64,000 bases of DNA from Chlorobiota bacterium (GTDB lineage: Bacteria > Bacteroidota > Ignavibacteria > Kapaibacteriales > NICIL-2): NCBI GenBank assembly GCA_026415505.1, contig JAOAGY010000019.1, positions 7,485-71,484 of the forward strand, read 5' to 3'. This document shows, in pieces, positions 59,437 through 64,000 of this stretch. The notes under the pieces are model-generated. The model did not search any database. It was not told the DNA's origin and was given only the letters and a program-made list of their open reading frames with translations. Both the position numbers and the translations under genes were made by a program. Every line of letters begins with the position of its first letter. Position 1 is the first letter of the stretch.

Positions 59437-60915
59437 CTACGGCTGTACAAGAAGCGGCAGCGTAATAATGCGCTCGCCATTGTTGAGTCGCAAGAAGTAC
59501 ATTCCTGGTGGCAGTTCAGGAAGCTGTGCCGAATACGTCCCCGCCTGGTGCCACCGATCGCATATGATCGCTACCTGCCTCCCTCCAAGGTCGAACAACG
59601 ACAGACGAACTGTACTCGGTGTTTCGATACTGTAGCGGATGGTATGCCCCGACGTTACAAACGTTGCCGTTTCCTCGATGGGCAAGGCTACCGAAGTAGT
59701 AGTTGTATCGATAATCCACGATGCAATGTAATTGACTCGAACATTAGCAGCACCGGCATTGGTAAATCCACCACCGACGTAGAGCCGATGACCATCATTC
59801 GAAAGCGTGGTCACGCGTCCATTGACACCCGATTCGAGTGTATCCCATTTGTTTTGATCGAAATCATACACAGCAATATTCCGTGCGGGTATCGTTCCTG
59901 CTTGATCGAAACTCCCACCGACGTACAGACGACGCCGCTGCTTGTCGAGATTCATCGAGAAGACCGCATAGTACTTGACTTGTGACGTCGCAGTATCGCG
60001 CCACACACCACCGCCGAGAGTACTCCATTGTTGCCGACGAGTGTCGTAAATGAGCAAGCCGCGCGCCTCTATTTGCCCGAAACGATCGAACTGTCCCCCG
60101 ATGATGAGACTGTCCCCTACACCAACAATCGCATTTGCAAGGACTGCATCGTCAGCAGAGCTGACCTTGAAATGTGCGCCGGGCACGCTGTCCCACTGCT
60201 GGGATTGGCTATCGTACCGAGCAATGCCTACAGCCCGCTTGCCATCAACGTGTGTAAACGCGCCAATAGCGTAGAGAGACTCCCCGACTTTGGCGACCGC
60301 ATCCACAGATGCTCCACCGAAGAGCGAATCGTCGAGCTGTTCGAATCTCCCCAATCCTTGCCATTTGCGCGTTTGCAGATTGTACTTGGCAAGACCCGAT
60401 GCAGCGACATTTTCTATGCTATCGAATGAACCACAGACGTAGAGATCGTCACCATCTCGATAAAGGTTGAACACGCCTTGTAAACCTCCGCTGATGTTGC
60501 TTGCAAAGCACTCCCACTCTTGCGTTCGGGTATTCCATGCAGCAAGAGATTGGCACGGATTGTTACCAGCGTTTTCGAATAAACCACCGACGACAAGCAG
60601 TGTATCGCCATCGCGCACAATAGGTAGAATCGCGTGAACATTCCCATCAACCCCCGCACCGAGCGCGTACCACCGCCGGTCGGTCCAGTTCCATCGTGCG
60701 ATCATCGAGGTATTCATTCCCCCAGCACGAGTAAATATGCCCCCGACATAGAGGTTCTCTCCCATCGGTACGATAGAGTAAATCAGAGGAACCGGGGAAT
60801 AGAGACCGCTACCCAATGCTTGCCAGCGTGTCGTGGGTTGTGCAGTGGCAAGCACAACCACCAACGCGGTAATGGAAAACAATGCGATTATGTTGCGAAT
60901 CGTTGCCATCGTCAT
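59437..60915 (-). CDS. Secreted beta-propeller protein with a T9SS type-A sorting tail
   Basis: Repeats of WxxLGxG...LYVGGxFxxAG...IAxW. CTD-like SLFDLGGRQV...LPPGMYFLRL. Confidence 0.82.
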   Translation of the reverse strand: MTMATIRNIIALFSITALVVVLATAQPTTRWQALGSGLYSPVPLIYSIVPMGENLYVGGIFTRAGGMNTSMIARWNWTDRRWYALGAGVDGNVHAILPIVRDGDTLLVVGGLFENAGNNPCQSLAAWNTRTQEWECFASNISGGLQGVFNLYRDGDDLYVCGSFDSIENVAASGLAKYNLQTRKWQGLGRFEQLDDSLFGGASVDAVAKVGESLYAIGAFTHVDGKRAVGIARYDSQSQQWDSVPGAHFKVSSADDAVLANAIVGVGDSLIIGGQFDRFGQIEARGLLIYDTRRQQWSTLGGGVWRDTATSQVKYYAVFSMNLDKQRRRLYVGGSFDQAGTIPARNIAVYDFDQNKWDTLESGVNGRVTTLSNDGHRLYVGGGFTNAGAANVRVNYIASWIIDTTTTSVALPIEETATFVTSGHTIRYSIETPSTVRLSLFDLGGRQVAIICDRWHQAGTYSAQLPELPPGMYFLRLNNGERIITLPLLVQP

Positions 60916-62723
60916 TTGTCGTGATGTGAGACATCATGCAAGGAAAAGTACACAAGTGATGTTTCGAGAGAAGACTGGTATAGACCTGCAATCTTTTTAC
61001 GTGATGCATCGTACGCAATATCGATAAAACCTTGCCCGAGATATTGTCGTGGTAATTGCACTTCAGCGACCAGTGTCGCTGTTCCAAGATCATATTGCTG
61101 TAGAATCCAGTATCCACGTTCGGGCATGTCAAGAGGGAAGCCAAGTTCTTTCACTTTCCAAAGTACGAACACGCTCGACGGTGTTAGAATTACTCGTTGT
61201 ACCCTCGCACCTGCAGAATCGAGGAGATACTCAACCTCACGGGCTTTCGGAACAGCCGTTCGCCGCGACAATCTGTTGGTGTCCAACATTCCAGCATTCC
61301 AATAGTGTTTGAGCTTAATTGTGCGCCCATCACTGAGTTGAACTTCTGGTACGAGCCACTGCACCCAGCCACATAATCCATTTGTTTGATCACAACTAAG
61401 ATGCTCTGCCCCATGAACGGCTAACCCCAGTCCATGCTTTTTACCGATCGCCTCATCGAGTACACCCAGCGTAGAATCACGGAACATGCCGGTGGCTAGA
61501 TTAAATGCTCCATAAAGTGGAGCATACGTGTAAAACGAATCAGCAATAGGATTCTCAAACGGGTTCCGAGCCAACAATGTATCTGACCCCATAGCCAGAT
61601 ACCCTCGACGGAAGGGTAAATAGAAATTCTCTTTCCCAAGCACAAAACCACTCCCAGGATGAAATGTCCCTTCGGCACAATAGTCACCAGTGCAATAGGT
61701 GCGAGTCATTGGCTGAAATTCAGCAATTTGCACAATCTTTTGGAATGGAGGTTCGTACGCAAGAATGTAGTAGCACTTGTCTATGCCAATATTCTCTGCG
61801 CTGAAATGCCTAACATACGCGCTAATCTGAATTGTCCACAATAGTGAGTCTTGAAATTGCGGTTGACACAAGTTACCTACGAGATACCTCTTGATAGCCT
61901 TGTATTCGCTATCGATAAGAAACCACGTGCGTCCCCGTGATGCAGCTGGATTGGCTACAATGTGGGCAGCCTGTGAACCCTTAGAGACATCAAATACTCG
62001 AATCCCTTGCGTGTAAAAATCCAGTGCTGCAAACCACCTACCATCGGATGAGAAAACTGGTGAGAACAATTGACCAGTCATAGTTGTACTGTCATCTTGT
62101 AAACGGACACGACTCACCATTTCGACAATAGGACATGATACTTCTGGTGTACCAACAGAGATCGCATGAAACTGCTTTCTCACTGTTTGGAGATACCCTC
62201 GGGGCAGCAATGGCGAATTCGTAGCATTGAGTGAATCCATAAAGTAGCTGAGTTTATCACCTGTCGGTGCATGGTTCACCTGTGCCCACCACCACAGAGT
62301 ACCTGTAGAATCCCATACTGTCATCCATGGGAGCGATGGCTCCCACGCATTTATGGGCTTGAGTAGAACACCTGTGGTATCAATTACTACACGGCACTTC
62401 CACTGATTGGCACGGACGTATGCATAATCCGCATAGTAACGCTTTCCACGGACGATTGCGCTAACAGAACCCGAGAATTTAGCCTTCTGCAAATCCTCAC
62501 TCAGCTTTCCAATCAGTGCTTCTCCCCAGAAAAACGAGCGAGGTGCTGAAACGATAAAGATGACGTGAAACCGCGCCTTATTGTTTTGCTGGCGGATAAA
62601 CTCATGGATAACACTCGAACGCCCGGCGAACCGGAAGATGCTTGTTTTCTCTACGTACTCGTCCTCACTTTGGCTGAGAACAACCATTACACATCCCAGA
62701 AATATTGCAATGAATCGTTTCAT
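60912..62723 (-). CDS. Secreted protein with a thioredoxin-like N-domain (no CxxC) and a beta-propeller-like C-domain
   Basis: 603-aa AT-richer ORF with a signal peptide. Stop overlaps the next ATG (ATGA). Fold assignment is by sequence pattern only. Confidence 0.6.
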   Translation of the reverse strand: MKRFIAIFLGCVMVVLSQSEDEYVEKTSIFRFAGRSSVIHEFIRQQNNKARFHVIFIVSAPRSFFWGEALIGKLSEDLQKAKFSGSVSAIVRGKRYYADYAYVRANQWKCRVVIDTTGVLLKPINAWEPSLPWMTVWDSTGTLWWWAQVNHAPTGDKLSYFMDSLNATNSPLLPRGYLQTVRKQFHAISVGTPEVSCPIVEMVSRVRLQDDSTTMTGQLFSPVFSSDGRWFAALDFYTQGIRVFDVSKGSQAAHIVANPAASRGRTWFLIDSEYKAIKRYLVGNLCQPQFQDSLLWTIQISAYVRHFSAENIGIDKCYYILAYEPPFQKIVQIAEFQPMTRTYCTGDYCAEGTFHPGSGFVLGKENFYLPFRRGYLAMGSDTLLARNPFENPIADSFYTYAPLYGAFNLATGMFRDSTLGVLDEAIGKKHGLGLAVHGAEHLSCDQTNGLCGWVQWLVPEVQLSDGRTIKLKHYWNAGMLDTNRLSRRTAVPKAREVEYLLDSAGARVQRVILTPSSVFVLWKVKELGFPLDMPERGYWILQQYDLGTATLVAEVQLPRQYLGQGFIDIAYDASRKKIAGLYQSSLETSLVYFSLHDVSHHDK

Positions 62724-62765
62724 TGGACTCTCCGCAGATCTAAGCCGTCTTTCACAAAGAAATAC

Positions 62766-62801
62766 GGTACTGCAGGGCCGCCGCTATAGCCCTGCAGTAC
62801 C
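62766..62801 (-). terminator. 13-bp perfect hairpin between the small Cys-rich gene and its partner (attenuator or stabiliser)
   Basis: GGTACTGCAGGGC-10 nt-GCCCTGCAGTACC, followed on the minus strand by GTATTTCTTTG. Confidence 0.7.
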
Positions 62802-62813
62802 AACTCTGGCGAT

Positions 62814-63146
62814 TCAGGGAAGCAGAACATAGGCTTCCGTTCCTTCTTGGTTAGTCCCGGTGAAGATGCACTCCGACTGGAACGATTGCGAGCCAAAGTC
62901 GAAGAGATACAAATCGTCTGGGAATGGACTACCAACTCGGACGCCCACTTGGATTTCTGCACATTTGTGAGTGCAATTCCCTTCACACCAAACCCGCCCA
63001 TTTTCGTAGTGTCCTTCGCAGCCATAGAGAGTAATTTTTCCCTTGTCAATCCCCAGAGCGTACACCTGACTCACGCTCAGCAATGCCCCTGCCAAGAGTG
63101 CTTTCGCAAGGAATCTCATCGGGATGCTCCACAGTTTGTTGAACAT
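62814..63146 (-). CDS. 110-aa secreted Cys-rich protein
   Basis: GGGAGGG RBS 9 nt before ATG 63146. Signal peptide ending VYA. Five Cys in the mature part. Confidence 0.75.
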   Translation of the reverse strand: MFNKLWSIPMRFLAKALLAGALLSVSQVYALGIDKGKITLYGCEGHYENGRVWCEGNCTHKCAEIQVGVRVGSPFPDDLYLFDFGSQSFQSECIFTGTNQEGTEAYVLLP

Positions 63147-63160
63147 GCTTTTATTCCCTC

Positions 63161-63395
63161 CCCGGCTGGCGCGGCTTGTGTCGCGCTCATCGCAGCAGAC
63201 CTCGAGAAACGCCGCGCCCCTTGTCTCTCCGCCAACTGCAACGACGCAACACAACAGCCGGGAAGAAGCGGCACGACAAAAGTAAAAAAAAAAAAATTAA
63301 TTCTCAATGAATTTTTCGCCTCTTGCAAAAAATTTTTTTACCCAGACAAAGAGCGGCGCACCGCATCGCTGCAGTGCGCCGTCGCTGGGTGTGTT
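63161..63395 (-). repeat. Cassette head, copy B: terminator H3, AT-tract, promoter with T13, structured leader
   Basis: Collinear with 59159-59395. H3 at 63354-63381 shows a compensatory GCT/AGC to GCA/TGC change and a GCGA (GNRA) loop on the minus strand. Confidence 0.92.
63279..63307 (-). promoter_or_regulatory. Putative sigma70 promoter with a poly(T)13 spacer (17 bp)
   Basis: TTGAGA (63307-63302), ATTAA plus T12, TACTTT (63284-63279). Confidence 0.55.
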
Positions 63396-63405
63396 TGTTG
63401 CCGGA

Positions 63406-64000
63406 TTATCGAGCTTCGGAGCGTAGTGCCAAGTGTTGCAAATCAGCCAGAGTCAGCCGCCGCCCGCCCAAGAATCGCTTGCGGTAGTACGTGCTTTCCA
63501 GCGAGGATATTGTCACACCATACCGAGAGCTCGCGTGAGCGAAAAGGTTGTCGCCCAAGTAAATCCCCACGTGCGACACCCACGCATGACTGCGCGTGTG
63601 GAAGAAAATCAAATCGCCGAACCGAAGCTCCTCGGCTCGCTCGATGGGCTGACCGTAGGCGAATTGTTCCTGCGCAGTACGCGGTAGCAGTGCTCCCGCA
63701 CAGGCTCGGAACAGAGCCTGCATGAACGCCGAACAATCGATACCATCGGCGCTGCTTCCCCCGAAGCGATAGGGACGACCGAGCCACTCCATGACGAAGT
63801 CCATCACTTTCCGCTGCGACAGCCCCGATGGCAACTCCTCCCCATCGAGATACGCCATCCACAGCGCGCGTATCGTCGCGATGTCCACCTGAACGTCGTC
63901 TTCGCGGGCGACTTCCTCGGCGTCGTCACCGTCGAGAACGTTCGTAGCGGCGCTGTCGCGCAATCCCGCCAGTTGTTGCAACGTCGGCGATGCCTGCGAC
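63406..64000 (-). CDS. NlpC/P60 family peptidase, 5'-truncated by the window edge
   Basis: WLGRPYRFGG, GIDCSAF, LPRTA, GDLIFF, SHVGIY, FAHAS. Frame is open to the window end. Confidence 0.93.
   Translation of the reverse strand, partial: SQASPTLQQLAGLRDSAATNVLDGDDAEEVAREDDVQVDIATIRALWMAYLDGEELPSGLSQRKVMDFVMEWLGRPYRFGGSSADGIDCSAFMQALFRACAGALLPRTAQEQFAYGQPIERAEELRFGDLIFFHTRSHAWVSHVGIYLGDNLFAHASSRYGVTISSLESTYYRKRFLGGRRLTLADLQHLALRSEAR

Noticed and set aside
63210-63260. Cobalamin- or SAH-riboswitch-like words (GCCAACTGCAAC) in the cassette leader
   Set aside because: They lie on the non-transcribed strand and the other consensus elements are missing.
57610-63395. Classical integron attC array
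   Set aside because: No intI in the window. The repeats behave as RNA terminators (wobble pair, U-tail) without clear attC R/L boxes, and the cassettes carry their own promoters. Kept as a finding under a different model.

Overview
About 55 kb of GC-rich housekeeping DNA flanked by two accessory regions. The host is inferred to be an FCB-group (Bacteroidota/Chlorobi/Kapabacteria-like) bacterium from T9SS-type C-terminal tails, a DUF3276/PUR protein and Bacteroidota-type hypotheticals. Left end (1-8241): the 3' part of a proteobacterial-type (T6SS-i) type VI secretion locus, tssF-tssG-tssH/clpV-vgrG-MORN repeat protein-PAAR, with no visible effector. Middle: a mutase-only IcmF-like gene, rarA, envC-like M23, murA, thpR, a REP-like palindrome cluster, stand-alone mraY, pccB, a 55-aa histone-H1-like gene missed by the ORF track, a histidine kinase, accC/accB/efp, tRNA-Cys, a peptide ABC transporter, LiaF-ECF sigma-anti-sigma, NFACT, ribD, rplY/prs/tRNA-Gln, cysS, rnr, a degenerate GGDEF protein, ndk and sucD. 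Right end (57.6-63.4 kb) is the most interesting part. Two AT-richer cassettes of secreted, Cys-rich or beta-propeller proteins sit between an NlpC/P60 gene and sucD. Each cassette has the same layout: a duplicated promoter with a poly(T) tract between the putative -35 and -10 (13 vs 15 nt, giving 17 vs 19 bp spacing), a conserved structured leader, the cargo genes, and a shared terminator hairpin present three times. This is a candidate phase-variable, cassette-expanding surface or secreted protein system. All product calls come from motif recognition only; no searches were run.
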